The position numbers were made by a program, and so were the translations under genes. From positions 186,001-250,000 of the IMG/VR virus record IMGVR_UViG_3300020178_000002: a stretch of DNA of 64,000 bases. One strand, 5' to 3'. This document shows positions 28,252 to 38,146 of this stretch, piece after piece. Position 1 is the stretch's first letter; each line of letters starts with the position of its first letter. The notes below the pieces were generated by a model. That model did no database searches and was not told the origin of the DNA. It saw only the letters and a program-made list of their open reading frames with translations.

Positions 28252-29667
28252 TTATGCTTGAGTGGTTAGTCGGAATAGACCCTCAGCGGTGTCTTGGACA
28301 TCTCCAGAGTTTCTATATACAAAGCTATAAAATAGACCTAGACGATTGAGTTTAGCTCCAGAATTCTGTCTAAGGAATCTATCTAAGTTACCCTTAGTTA
28401 AGTGGAGTTGGTCTTTGAAAAGTTTTCGAGGAATCAATACAGCAGCAACGACCTCTCCATTTTTCATAGCAAGTTTGATTTTTGCTTTAGTAAATGTTTC
28501 CCCTACAACACTCCCATCCTTTTGTAGCTTAACTTTGTTAAGACGTTCAACTTGAGCTACTTTGAGAAGCCTCTCTGTAGACTTCTTTACATTTAAGGCT
28601 TTCTTTGCTTCATCATGAACGAAATTGATAATTTGCGTAAGCATGCGAGCAAAAAGTTTTGGATCAGACTCCATCTCAGACTCATCGTACTTTTTATACA
28701 GAGCCTTATAAACTTCTTCCAAAGCAATGCTTTGATTATCCTCAATAGTGTAAATAAAGTTGTTTCTAGGACTTAGCTCTACATAAATATTAAGGTATGC
28801 AGAACGAATAGTACTCGTACTAAAAGTTTCTGAGCCATCTGTGTATGTTTCAGGAATATCATAATCAATGTCAATGCCATTAATTTTTAATGAGGCATAG
28901 ATGGATTCCAATACTGAATCTAACTTATCATTCATCTCTTTTTTGGCCAATTCATGTTTAACATTCTTGTATGCTTTAATTGCATCTCTAATTTTAGATC
29001 TAAAATCACGATTTGAAATTAAACCCTCTTCCATATATCGTAAAGAGCCACTTGTGAAAGTCACATCAAAAGATTCACCTACAACATAGAATGTGATTGA
29101 TCCCTCTTGACCTTCCACAGAGAAGTCAATCTCATATTTTACGCTGAAATTAAGACCCCAATCAGTTTTAATAGCGTGAGTCTCTGAGTCATCAGAAACT
29201 TCAACATCTACACTGACAACCTCAGCCATATTTCTGACCCATTTAATATGGTTATCTTCCAATAACTTAAGAAGATCGTCTTTTGCTTTGTTAAGTTTAT
29301 CAGCTTTACCATCTTCTATTTCTTTAGCTGTGTTCTTGATTCCAGAAACAGCCTCTGCCACAGAGTTATATTCAAGATTCTTCCCCCAAGAGTTGAAAGA
29401 CCCCTTCAAAATAGTATCTTTCTTATCTTCAAGTTCAAAAGTTACTTCGATAGTCTCTGGGTCAATAGATTCAACTGCAACTTCAATCCTATAATCCAGA
29501 GGATTGTCTCCATCTCTATGATGGAGTTTTAGCTCTACAGCCCAATCATCATCTGCAATGCCCTCTTCAAGAGAAACAGCGAGTGAGTTATAGATGTTGA
29601 GACTTCGATCTTCTTCGATCTTGTTGCCAATGGCCTTTAGTGCTTCATAAGCTTCATTTTTAGTCAT
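28252..29667 (-). CDS. hypothetical protein (471 aa)
   Basis: Long acidic ORF with no recognised motif. Confidence 0.75.
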   Translation of the reverse strand: MTKNEAYEALKAIGNKIEEDRSLNIYNSLAVSLEEGIADDDWAVELKLHHRDGDNPLDYRIEVAVESIDPETIEVTFELEDKKDTILKGSFNSWGKNLEYNSVAEAVSGIKNTAKEIEDGKADKLNKAKDDLLKLLEDNHIKWVRNMAEVVSVDVEVSDDSETHAIKTDWGLNFSVKYEIDFSVEGQEGSITFYVVGESFDVTFTSGSLRYMEEGLISNRDFRSKIRDAIKAYKNVKHELAKKEMNDKLDSVLESIYASLKINGIDIDYDIPETYTDGSETFSTSTIRSAYLNIYVELSPRNNFIYTIEDNQSIALEEVYKALYKKYDESEMESDPKLFARMLTQIINFVHDEAKKALNVKKSTERLLKVAQVERLNKVKLQKDGSVVGETFTKAKIKLAMKNGEVVAAVLIPRKLFKDQLHLTKGNLDRFLRQNSGAKLNRLGLFYSFVYRNSGDVQDTAEGLFRLTTQA

Positions 29668-29789
29668 GATATTTCATCTCTTTCTTTGATTAAGTGTTTA
29701 CCTTATTATCAATAACGTGCGAGGGGGCATGTAATTTTTTAGCTGGGCTAAAGTATTATTTTATAAAGAAACTAAAAAAGGATTTGAAC

Positions 29790-30761
29790 ATGATAAAGCT
29801 AATCTGGAGAACAGATGTACACATGGCAGATAAGACACCAAGAAGAAGGACAGGTTCTTGGACTGATGATGTCTGCAATAAACTTAAATGGATTGGGAAT
29901 CTCTCAAATGAGATAAAGGCAGACTTTGTTCTGGATGGGGGTGACTTCTTTGACGTTAAGTCTCCAACCAAGAACTCACATAGTCTTGTTAAGAACACCT
30001 TTGATGCACATGAGAATTACAACTGTCCTATATACTGCTTAGTAGGAAACCATGATGTTAAATATGGTAAATACGAATACTTGCCAGAACAGCCCTTAGG
30101 GGTTCTTTTCTCATCAGGTCTGTTCAAAGAGTTAGGTGATGAAAAAGAACTCGTTATAGAGCAATCTGGAGTTAAACTGAGGGTAGTAGGTATTCCTTAT
30201 CATGGAACAGTCTATGACTTTGACCGACTCTCTAACATTAAGAAGAAAGATGAAGACATTCTCTTAGTTGCTTGCCACCTCTTAGCTAGGAAAGGCAAGA
30301 CAGGTTCTATGTTTGAATCTGAAGATATAGTAGGCTATGACTTCTTAAATACCATTCCAGATGTAGATGGTTGGTTCTTTGGGCATTGGCATAAGGATCA
30401 AGGGATCACACAACTCCCTAATGGTTCAACAGTTGTTAATGTCGGTTCTTTAACAAGAGGTTCTTTGCACCTAGATGATATGGATAGAGAGCCTTGTGTT
30501 GTAGAAGTTCAAGTCCAGAAAAATAAAGTAGACTTCATTCGACACAATCTCCCTGTGAAACCTGCTTCTGTTGCTTTCAAAGTAGAAGAAGCAATCAGAG
30601 AAAAGGGAGAGGAACAAAGAATGAGTGAGATTGTAGATAAAATGAAAAAGGTCGCTACTTCTGGTTGGTCTGAGTTGACCCTTAAAGAAAGAGTTATGGA
30701 AGTAGATGCATCAAATGAGGCTAGAGAGTTAGCCATTAATTATTTAGAAAAGGTAGAATAA
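29790..30761 (+). CDS. SbcD/Mre11-like metallophosphoesterase nuclease
   Basis: DVH, GGDFFD, GNHD, H and GHWH motifs plus NVGSL; the likely start is ATG 29790 (AAGGA RBS). Confidence 0.88.
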   Translation: MIKLIWRTDVHMADKTPRRRTGSWTDDVCNKLKWIGNLSNEIKADFVLDGGDFFDVKSPTKNSHSLVKNTFDAHENYNCPIYCLVGNHDVKYGKYEYLPEQPLGVLFSSGLFKELGDEKELVIEQSGVKLRVVGIPYHGTVYDFDRLSNIKKKDEDILLVACHLLARKGKTGSMFESEDIVGYDFLNTIPDVDGWFFGHWHKDQGITQLPNGSTVVNVGSLTRGSLHLDDMDREPCVVEVQVQKNKVDFIRHNLPVKPASVAFKVEEAIREKGEEQRMSEIVDKMKKVATSGWSELTLKERVMEVDASNEARELAINYLEKVE

Positions 30762-31277
30762 ATGAGTTTTAATATCCCTAATGAAAACAAAGATCTCGTA
30801 CTCAAGAAGCTCTCTGAGTATATGAGTGAATACACAAACCTAAGTCAAATGTTTAGCTTCTCTGGAACAAAAGAAGACAGAAGCAATTTGAATGAGTATG
30901 CAGCAACTATTTTAGACCAACTCTTTAATGCTTCTTTTGAGGGGGCAGAGAATGATTGGAACTGGCAGGCTTTCCAAGAGGTGAAAAGTAATTGGCAAGG
31001 CCAGAACCATACAAATACGAAAGAAGAGATTATAGAGTATGTTGTATACAATGTTGGGAACTATGATTCTTCAATGCACACAGGAGAAAAGTGGGAATAC
31101 TTAAGAGAAGAAGACAACTGTCTAATCTTCGAGCCTATGAGAGATCACTTCTCTCTTTCAATGAAAGAGGCTCTTGAGTTAAAAGAGCAATTTAGCAACA
31201 TTAAAGATATAGAGTTAAAGACTGTTGGCTTAAACAGCCAAGTGAGGCTCTATATTAGCTTGTATGTCCTTAACTAA
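30762..31277 (+). CDS. hypothetical protein (171 aa)
   Basis: Directly coupled to the SbcD-like gene. Confidence 0.65.
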   Translation: MSFNIPNENKDLVLKKLSEYMSEYTNLSQMFSFSGTKEDRSNLNEYAATILDQLFNASFEGAENDWNWQAFQEVKSNWQGQNHTNTKEEIIEYVVYNVGNYDSSMHTGEKWEYLREEDNCLIFEPMRDHFSLSMKEALELKEQFSNIKDIELKTVGLNSQVRLYISLYVLN

Positions 31278-32756
31278 ACTAGGTCTGGACTTTATGATCT
31301 CAAGAATTTGAGGGTTCACTTTTTCCTCACCTTTTAGAATATTAAAGAAGACAGAACTAAATTCACCGCCCTTCAAAGAAGATTCTAATTTCTCTGTCAT
31401 CTTCATTGTCATATCTTTTTCGATGTATCTAAAGAGGAAAGAGCTTTCTTCATTAGAAGTCTTAAGACCCTTAACATACTCTACACCTTTACCCATCCAT
31501 TTAGGGAGAAGGTCTTGCCAGCTTTGGTCATCTAAGCCCTTTATGTTTGCAAGGCTTTTTTCAATAGCAGGTCTAACATTATCTTGAAAATCCTTATGGA
31601 CATCTACCATCTTCTTCTTCATCTCGTCATAGGTAAGACTATCATCATCCATAATGGCATCGAGCTTTTTGTTGTATTCTTTTTCTAGTTTTTCTGGTGT
31701 TGCAATACCTATAAAAATCTGCTCCGCAATTTCTTCGTACTCATTCTCTAAAGGCAAAACTATATCGACAACCTTCCAGATTGCTAGAACAATAACGTAA
31801 GCTACTGCATAGCTAATTGCAAAAGAGAGAGCAAAGCCAGTAAGCCCAACAAGTTTCAAGCCTAGTACTTTCACAGCATATTTCGTAATAAAACCATTTA
31901 AGGTACTAGCATGCCCTCCAAAGAACATTGATACTAAACCCAGCACAAGAGGAAGTGCCTGTCTAAGGATAAAATCTGTGAACAACTTAATCATAGGTCG
32001 CATGATTTCCAAGCCAAGCCTTCGAAACGACTGGTTAATGCTCTTGCCGATAGTTTGAAATAAAACTATCGTTGTAGTAACCAGCTTTTCACCAACACTT
32101 CTGCTTTTATCAGTGTTAAAAATTTTGAGGGTGTCAAATCCATCTTTAATACCCTCAATCAAAGGGTCTCCTACTACTGCAACCGAGTGAATCATTTGTA
32201 GAGGTAGCTTTTTTGCAACAGCCTCATACTTTTGTTGTGTCCATGTTCTTTGATAGCCTTCTGTTTTGAAAGACTTACGAATACCCTCTGAAACCTGAAT
32301 AATGTCAGCTTCATAAATCTCTCTTTCAAATCTAACAGGTTTGATCTTATTGTCCTCATAAAAGAGGATTTCCAACTCATGGAAGTCTTTATCTTCTTGG
32401 GCTTGTACAGTTTCTTTTGTTCTCTCCCCTGTCCTTATTTCCATGAGCCACTTTTGAAACATTATTGAAGCATAAGAGTACTTCTGTTGTAGACAATAGT
32501 TACTCTCCCTTCTCAGCTCTGAGATTTCGTGCCACCCATGAAGAACCCAATAACCAATCATTTTACCTTTTTCATAAGGGTGTGGTCCTCTCCAAACTTG
32601 ATTGATATCTTCAAACTCTTTCCAATCTTGGTCAGACATATCTTTGAGGACAGTAATATTTGAGTCTCTGAGATTAACCCTTTTCTTTAGAGGGTTAATC
32701 TCCTGAATCTGTTTTTTAACATCTTCATATAAACCACTTGTTTTCTCAGACTTCAT
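31230..32756 (-). CDS. large protein with internal hydrophobic hairpin (508 aa)
   Basis: Long apolar stretch ALPLVLGLVSMFF...YVIVLAIWKVV; no signal peptide. Confidence 0.75.
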   Translation of the reverse strand: MKSEKTSGLYEDVKKQIQEINPLKKRVNLRDSNITVLKDMSDQDWKEFEDINQVWRGPHPYEKGKMIGYWVLHGWHEISELRRESNYCLQQKYSYASIMFQKWLMEIRTGERTKETVQAQEDKDFHELEILFYEDNKIKPVRFEREIYEADIIQVSEGIRKSFKTEGYQRTWTQQKYEAVAKKLPLQMIHSVAVVGDPLIEGIKDGFDTLKIFNTDKSRSVGEKLVTTTIVLFQTIGKSINQSFRRLGLEIMRPMIKLFTDFILRQALPLVLGLVSMFFGGHASTLNGFITKYAVKVLGLKLVGLTGFALSFAISYAVAYVIVLAIWKVVDIVLPLENEYEEIAEQIFIGIATPEKLEKEYNKKLDAIMDDDSLTYDEMKKKMVDVHKDFQDNVRPAIEKSLANIKGLDDQSWQDLLPKWMGKGVEYVKGLKTSNEESSFLFRYIEKDMTMKMTEKLESSLKGGEFSSVFFNILKGEEKVNPQILEIIKSRPSLVKDIQANIEPHLAV

Positions 32757-32797
32757 ATCCAGACCGCCTTTTAGCTTGAGTTTACTTTTAAAGATAG

Positions 32798-32813
32798 TAT
32801 AAAGAGACTATTA
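32798..32813 (-). promoter_or_regulatory. putative late promoter motif (TAATAGTCTCTTTATA)
   Basis: Full match upstream of the 31230..32756 gene. Confidence 0.6.
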
Positions 32814-32828
32814 GTATAAGGAGAAGCA

Positions 32829-33254
32829 ATGGACTTTGATAATGTTCTGACATCAAATGCGATGTTTATAAAAGAGTACTTGGCTCATAAGGAAATACCG
32901 ATTGAAGAAGCAGAGCCTATGGTGACTTACTTTAGGATTTATGAGAAAGAAGGCAAACTTCTTGCACATCATAGTATTCCTCCATTAGAGCTTGGCGATG
33001 AAGATCCAGAGATGTGGTCTACTTTAATCAACCATAAGCTACACAATCAAGATCTACCCAACTTTATGTTCTTCGGTATCTGTGAGATTGAAGAAGAAGA
33101 CTTACTGTTTGTAGTCTGCTATTTTGGAGGCGAGGGTAAAATTGAAAGCCGATTATTTGACTTAGAGCTTAAGGACATGTCTGAGTTTGATGTTAAAGAT
33201 GCTTTCCCTAACTTTGACATCATTGACTTTAGTAAAGCCGATATCGCCCACTGA
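32829..33254 (+). CDS. hypothetical acidic protein (141 aa)
   Basis: AAGGAG RBS. Confidence 0.7.
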   Translation: MDFDNVLTSNAMFIKEYLAHKEIPIEEAEPMVTYFRIYEKEGKLLAHHSIPPLELGDEDPEMWSTLINHKLHNQDLPNFMFFGICEIEEEDLLFVVCYFGGEGKIESRLFDLELKDMSEFDVKDAFPNFDIIDFSKADIAH

Positions 33255-34242
33255 AAACCATTCTTAGGTATCTTGAAGCAACTCTGGAAGCAGTCTTTCC
33301 TTTTTCTTCTTTTTCCTTAGAGCCTTTGTTTATAACCTCAACATACTTTTTAGCTCTGTCTTTTACTTCATTCAGAGCTTTCTCCATCTCTTTTTCATAG
33401 GCTTCTTGATCAAAGACCCCATCCTTAATAAAAGAGGATAGGGCTTTTACTTCATCTTTTGATGGAACACTATAGATTCCTTTGTAAAGTTGATCGAGAA
33501 GATCTTGGCTGGTGACTTCCTTTGCAGATTTCTTTTTATACTGCTTGGCTTCAGCTTCATTTCTACTTTTAACATATTTCTCATGCTTATCTATTTTATT
33601 TAGATCTAAGAGATTCACTCCCGCTTCAAAAAGGAAAGGAATTGCATAAATACCACCTGCAATAGCCTTACCAGAAACAGACAAAGCTGCCCCAGCTAAT
33701 CCTGTCATTGCAGAAATGCCGTACCTGCCAACCTCTTTGCCGATTTCTTTAGAAGCTTCTGAAAGATGTTCCATAGCAGTAGTCTTACTTTTCATAAGGC
33801 TATCTGTCATCTTTTCTTCTTCACCTTCTTTAAGGTCTTTCTTAAAGACTTTCTTGAAGAATTGACCCATCTCTTTTTTGATCTTCTCTTGGCTTTTAGG
33901 GTCAGGGTTTGCAAAAAGGTTGAAGCCTTTTTCAAAAGCAGTTGAGGGATTGTCTATTTTAGCTGAAAGGCTTCTAGGGATTCTTTTAAGTACCTTGACC
34001 GCACCTCCAGCCATAGTGGAGTTCCAATCTTTGAGTGCCCTTGCAGCAGACTCGTCATAATTCTCCATAATCCTATCGGTGAAGAACTCTTTCTTATTAT
34101 AGTACTTTTCTTTTTTCTTCTTATAGCTCTCCAAGAACTTTTTAGCATCTTCATGCTGGGCACTATCAGGGTCAGAGGCATAAGACTCAACAGTATCTAA
34201 GTAGATTTTCTTCTTTTTATAATAGACTACCTTTTTAGCCAT
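33229..34242 (-). CDS. hypothetical protein with hydrophobic segment and KTASRVASRYLR tail
   Basis: 337 aa; Gly/Ala-rich apolar segment. Confidence 0.75.
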   Translation of the reverse strand: MAKKVVYYKKKKIYLDTVESYASDPDSAQHEDAKKFLESYKKKKEKYYNKKEFFTDRIMENYDESAARALKDWNSTMAGGAVKVLKRIPRSLSAKIDNPSTAFEKGFNLFANPDPKSQEKIKKEMGQFFKKVFKKDLKEGEEEKMTDSLMKSKTTAMEHLSEASKEIGKEVGRYGISAMTGLAGAALSVSGKAIAGGIYAIPFLFEAGVNLLDLNKIDKHEKYVKSRNEAEAKQYKKKSAKEVTSQDLLDQLYKGIYSVPSKDEVKALSSFIKDGVFDQEAYEKEMEKALNEVKDRAKKYVEVINKGSKEKEEKGKTASRVASRYLRMVFSGRYRLY

Positions 34243-34247
34243 CTTAT

Positions 34248-35831
34248 TTACCTTCTCTCAAGCTCAATAATTTGTTTTGTGTTGTAGATACTTGCAGGGT
34301 AGGGGCTTAGAGAGATGTTGAAGAAGAGATAATGAGAACCATACTCTGACTCCTTCTTTAAGTCACCTGCCTCAATAGTGTAAGTGCCCTCTGAAAGAGA
34401 CCTACTTTGCATGGAGTTGTATCTTTGGATGGCACTTTGAAAAAACTTTAAGATAGTCTCCATCTTCCTTTCTTGACTGCTAGTAAAAGGAGTGCTTGAT
34501 TCTACTTCAAATCTAAATTGAACAGGGGAATCTGGGAGTGTTTTAGGTGTTTCAGATACAACATGGTTTGCGAAAGAGCTTCTTGTCTGCGTTTCCATTT
34601 TTTTAATAAGTTGTAATGGGATGGTCTTTTTAATAGAGGCTTGTTTCTCGGGACTCCTTTTCTTATGCTTAATCTTCCTAGAGCTACCTTTAGCAACATC
34701 TCTTTCTCTGTTCTGGTGTACACCTTTTCCAGAGCTGCCTACTCCATCTTCAAACATACCAGAGGTGTTAGGGTCTCTGAACTTAGGCATCTTGTTAGAA
34801 GGTTTACGCTTCTTTTTCTTTTTTTTCCCTGCAAGCCTAGACATGTTGTCTAGGTCTCTGAGGGCGAGGTCTATCATACTAAACCTACCTGTAATCGCAT
34901 GACCATCAAGTAAGTTAGCAAGCATTATAGCTTTCTCTCTCCTTGAGATGCCCTCAGGTAAAGACTCAAGAGCTAATCTAGCTTCTTCATCACCTACTGT
35001 AGTTTGAGATTGAATGCAGGGTAATACAGAAGCCATTCTTGAAGTTTGCTTAGGTAGGTGTCTGATAATCTCTGGAAATCTTGAGATTTCTTTAATGGTT
35101 CTTACAACTCTCCTACCCTCAATAAGCCTTACAGAGGGGATAGGGCTTCTTTCAAATTCGAGAGTGTAGTCTTCAATGCCAGGCACAGAGATTTTGTAAG
35201 TAGGGTTTTCATCAGTAGTTGACCATTGGTTTTCTACAATCAAGAAACCGAGGTGTCTTATGTTAGAAACTATTTCTCTAACTGCTTGAGGGAATGTTGT
35301 CCCTAAGCTAGCCATGATTTGTCTGCCATCAGGAGTAACTTCTCTGTCTATCATAAGAGCAGGTCTTCTAACTAAAAAGTTAGGCCATTTCTCAAACCAC
35401 TTGTTGTAGAAGTCATCTTCCCCAACAACTCTTACAGTTTTATCTGGGTTAGGGATATTGGGGTCTGCAACATGTACTTCATAACTTCCCTTTTCACCTG
35501 TCACATCATAAATCAGAGATGCGTGACTCCAATCACGACCCTCAGGATTCCATGCAATGAGAACAGGTCTACCTGAATCTGTCCATTCTTTAACTTGAGT
35601 GAGGGTAGCTGGTGTGGTGAGGGTAGCTCTACAACCGAAGTATTGGCAGCAGGCAAGTACTTCTTCCCACCTTGATCCTCTTAGTGCTTGAGCACCAATG
35701 ATCTCATTAACAGTTTCCTCATCACACTTTACACCTAGTGCTTGTAAAGCCATGCATGTAGAGGTTGCAACACAAGTGAACTGTGTTCTTTGTCTAATTG
35801 GCTTAACATCAGCTTTTGCTTTTCTTCTCAT
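34248..35831 (-). CDS. C39-like (papain-fold) cysteine peptidase fused to additional modules
   Basis: Q..Q.TC (catalytic Cys), PV.I.W...WSHA.L (His), V.VADP (Asp), followed by about 350 aa of unrelated segments. Confidence 0.8.
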   Translation of the reverse strand: MRRKAKADVKPIRQRTQFTCVATSTCMALQALGVKCDEETVNEIIGAQALRGSRWEEVLACCQYFGCRATLTTPATLTQVKEWTDSGRPVLIAWNPEGRDWSHASLIYDVTGEKGSYEVHVADPNIPNPDKTVRVVGEDDFYNKWFEKWPNFLVRRPALMIDREVTPDGRQIMASLGTTFPQAVREIVSNIRHLGFLIVENQWSTTDENPTYKISVPGIEDYTLEFERSPIPSVRLIEGRRVVRTIKEISRFPEIIRHLPKQTSRMASVLPCIQSQTTVGDEEARLALESLPEGISRREKAIMLANLLDGHAITGRFSMIDLALRDLDNMSRLAGKKKKKKRKPSNKMPKFRDPNTSGMFEDGVGSSGKGVHQNRERDVAKGSSRKIKHKKRSPEKQASIKKTIPLQLIKKMETQTRSSFANHVVSETPKTLPDSPVQFRFEVESSTPFTSSQERKMETILKFFQSAIQRYNSMQSRSLSEGTYTIEAGDLKKESEYGSHYLFFNISLSPYPASIYNTKQIIELERR

Positions 35832-35858
35832 AGGTCTACTCCTTTTTTTCCAGCTAAC

Positions 35859-35874
35859 TATAAAAGGAGTATAA
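35859..35874 (-). promoter_or_regulatory. putative late promoter motif (TTATACTCCTTTTATA)
   Basis: Variant match upstream of the C39 gene. Confidence 0.45.
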
Positions 35875-35882
35875 ATAGAAAG

Positions 35883-37139
35883 CTATCTCAGATACCTGGA
35901 CACAACTCTTTGTATAGAAGACTTTCTTCTTCTAAAGAGCCTATCCAATAAGCTACCCTCTTCTTTTTTCAACTCTTCGATTTTTGTTTTAGCAAATTCT
36001 TTAATTTCATCCACCTTAGCTGTAAGGCTTGGGTTTCTAGATTCTGAATTTTTTGACATACTATCAAGATCTATTAAGAGGTCTTTGACCTGCCTTATAG
36101 ACCTTGAACTTTTAATCTCATCTTCTCTTTTTAGAACATTGCTTGCGAACTCTACAGTTTGCTTAAAGGCTTCGACCTCTAAGAAGAAAGCTGATTCTTT
36201 TCTGATATCCTTCCCAAGTACTTTCTTCATTTCAACAATCCAAGAGTTAACAATTCTTAGAGACTCTTTTAGTTTTGAGTTAGAGATCATAGAGGGGTCT
36301 TTTTTTACTCGAAGTATAATCTTAGCAACTTTTCCTTTAATCTCAGTAACTCTGTTTCCTTTTTGCTTTTTTGCAATCTCCCTCATCTCATCAGTCATGC
36401 CCTTAACATCTCTCATTTGAAAGATTCTGTAGGGGTCTATTCCTTTAAGACCATTTACATTTCGACCTGATAAAGAAAAGGATCTAGGGAAATATGTATT
36501 TTTAAACTCAAAGCCATTAAGATTATAGTTTTTAATGTGGGCACAGAATGTACCTCCCTCAAAATAAAAACTGCCCTCTGATTGAATTCTAAGCTGGTCA
36601 CAATTAACATCACCCATTTTTGTATCTTTAAAAGTACAGTTCTTGAAGATGAGTGTGAAGCTTGAGCCTAATGTCCCGAACCTACAGCTTTTAAAGTGAC
36701 AGTTCACAAACTCAAAAGAACCACCTCTCTCCTTTAACCTCTCAGCTCTCTGGAAAGAATTTTCAAGACCCAAAGAGTGTGAAAAATAGGTATCTTCAAA
36801 TATTTCTCCACTAACTTCACCACTGTCTCTCTTTCTTTCTTTTCTCTCACTCGCATTGTCGAAATCATAGAAAATTGCTTCAAAGACAGTTGAGTTTTTT
36901 ACTTGGTCAACCCATTCCTGAGAAGACTCTTCTTCTTTGTTGTAGAAATCTTCATTGAGGTCTTCAAAATGGGTAGAAGCATCATCATAGCTGTCGAATT
37001 CAAATTTCTCTACTTCTCTAGACAGCTCTACCTTACTCCCCTTTATAATTTGATAGGTTATGACAGGTACATAATACACTATAGATTTATCATGTGAGGG
37101 ATTGCTGAAATTGAAATGCTTATGTGAATTTTTTCTCAT
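35883..37139 (-). CDS. pentapeptide-repeat-like protein with IQRVVSRYLR tail
   Basis: FVNCHFKSCRF...FKNCTFKDTKM beta-helix-like pentads; 418 aa. Confidence 0.65.
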   Translation of the reverse strand: MRKNSHKHFNFSNPSHDKSIVYYVPVITYQIIKGSKVELSREVEKFEFDSYDDASTHFEDLNEDFYNKEEESSQEWVDQVKNSTVFEAIFYDFDNASERKERKRDSGEVSGEIFEDTYFSHSLGLENSFQRAERLKERGGSFEFVNCHFKSCRFGTLGSSFTLIFKNCTFKDTKMGDVNCDQLRIQSEGSFYFEGGTFCAHIKNYNLNGFEFKNTYFPRSFSLSGRNVNGLKGIDPYRIFQMRDVKGMTDEMREIAKKQKGNRVTEIKGKVAKIILRVKKDPSMISNSKLKESLRIVNSWIVEMKKVLGKDIRKESAFFLEVEAFKQTVEFASNVLKREDEIKSSRSIRQVKDLLIDLDSMSKNSESRNPSLTAKVDEIKEFAKTKIEELKKEEGSLLDRLFRRRKSSIQRVVSRYLR

Positions 37140-37169
37140 AGTCCGATACTCCTTTTTTTTTGAGGGTTT

Positions 37170-37185
37170 TATAAATAAGGTATTA
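37170..37185 (-). promoter_or_regulatory. putative late promoter motif (TAATACCTTATTTATA)
   Basis: Match upstream of the 35883..37139 gene. Confidence 0.55.
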
Positions 37186-37214
37186 GCTTTTTATAGACTA
37201 TATATAAAATCACC

Positions 37215-37235
37215 TATATGGTCATTGACCATATA
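37215..37235. promoter_or_regulatory. perfect 10-1-10 inverted repeat (operator-like) overlapping a TATAAT box
   Basis: TATATGGTCA-T-TGACCATATA, with TATAAT at 37232-37237. Confidence 0.55.
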
Positions 37236-37258
37236 ATCCCCACAAAGAAAGGAATTGT

Positions 37259-38074
37259 ATGTTAGATACATTCGGATACCACCACACTTTATTAAAAGCT
37301 CGAGAGTTCTTCCTATCAAAAGGACTTATCGAAGTACCTGTTCAATCAAGACTTTCTATTCTCGCTGCTTGCGAAGATCCAAAAACAGTCAGAACTTTTG
37401 AATATGATAACATTATTTGGCCTCTTCCCCAGACTGGTCAAATGTGGCTTGAGCATGAATTGTTAAAAAACCCGACACAAGTTGGGTTTTTTTGTGTCTC
37501 CACATCATACAGAAATGAGCCAAACCCTATACCAGGTCGTCATGAAAAGATCTTCCCAATGCTTGAGTTTGAAATGAAGGGTAATCAGGAAGACCTTATT
37601 CAGTTTGAAATCGACTTTGTTGAGTTTTTACTTGGTGAGAAGTCTATTGAAGTAGACTATGAGGACATGAGTGCAAAGTATGGTGTTTCTATTTTAGAGA
37701 ATGAGCATGAGGAGCAAATCTGCAAAGACCATTCTGCTTCTACTATCCTAAAAGATTTCCCTAGAAGAACCAGCCCTTTCTGGAATATGAGAAGACATGA
37801 TGGGACAAAAGAACACTACAAGAAAGTAGATGTTCTTATTGATGGTATTGAAACCATAGGTTCAGCAGAGAGAGCAGTAAGTGTTGAAGAAATGAAAGAG
37901 GACTTCTACACAATTTCTGATGGTGAATATGCAGAGCTTCTATTTGAGAAGTTTGGCAAAGAGCGTGTAGAAGCAGAACTTAATGAGTATCTATCAAACG
38001 ATTTCTTTGAGCGTTTTGGTGGTGGTATTGGCATGACCAGATTAGCTCAAGCATATAACAGAAGATTCCTCTAA
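37259..38074 (+). CDS. class II aminoacyl-tRNA synthetase catalytic-core-only protein (Asn/Asp/Lys type; AsnA- or EpmA-like)
   Basis: Motif 1 (FF...G.IEV), motif 2 (SYRNE...GRH..IF.MLEFE), ETIGSAER, motif 3 (GGGIG.TRL); no OB-fold anticodon domain; 271 aa. Confidence 0.85.
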   Translation: MLDTFGYHHTLLKAREFFLSKGLIEVPVQSRLSILAACEDPKTVRTFEYDNIIWPLPQTGQMWLEHELLKNPTQVGFFCVSTSYRNEPNPIPGRHEKIFPMLEFEMKGNQEDLIQFEIDFVEFLLGEKSIEVDYEDMSAKYGVSILENEHEEQICKDHSASTILKDFPRRTSPFWNMRRHDGTKEHYKKVDVLIDGIETIGSAERAVSVEEMKEDFYTISDGEYAELLFEKFGKERVEAELNEYLSNDFFERFGGGIGMTRLAQAYNRRFL

Positions 38075-38146
38075 TACTTTATTTGTCCTTTTCTACTCTC
38101 TGAATCATATAAGAAATGATATATACAGAGACAAAGGATAAACTAA

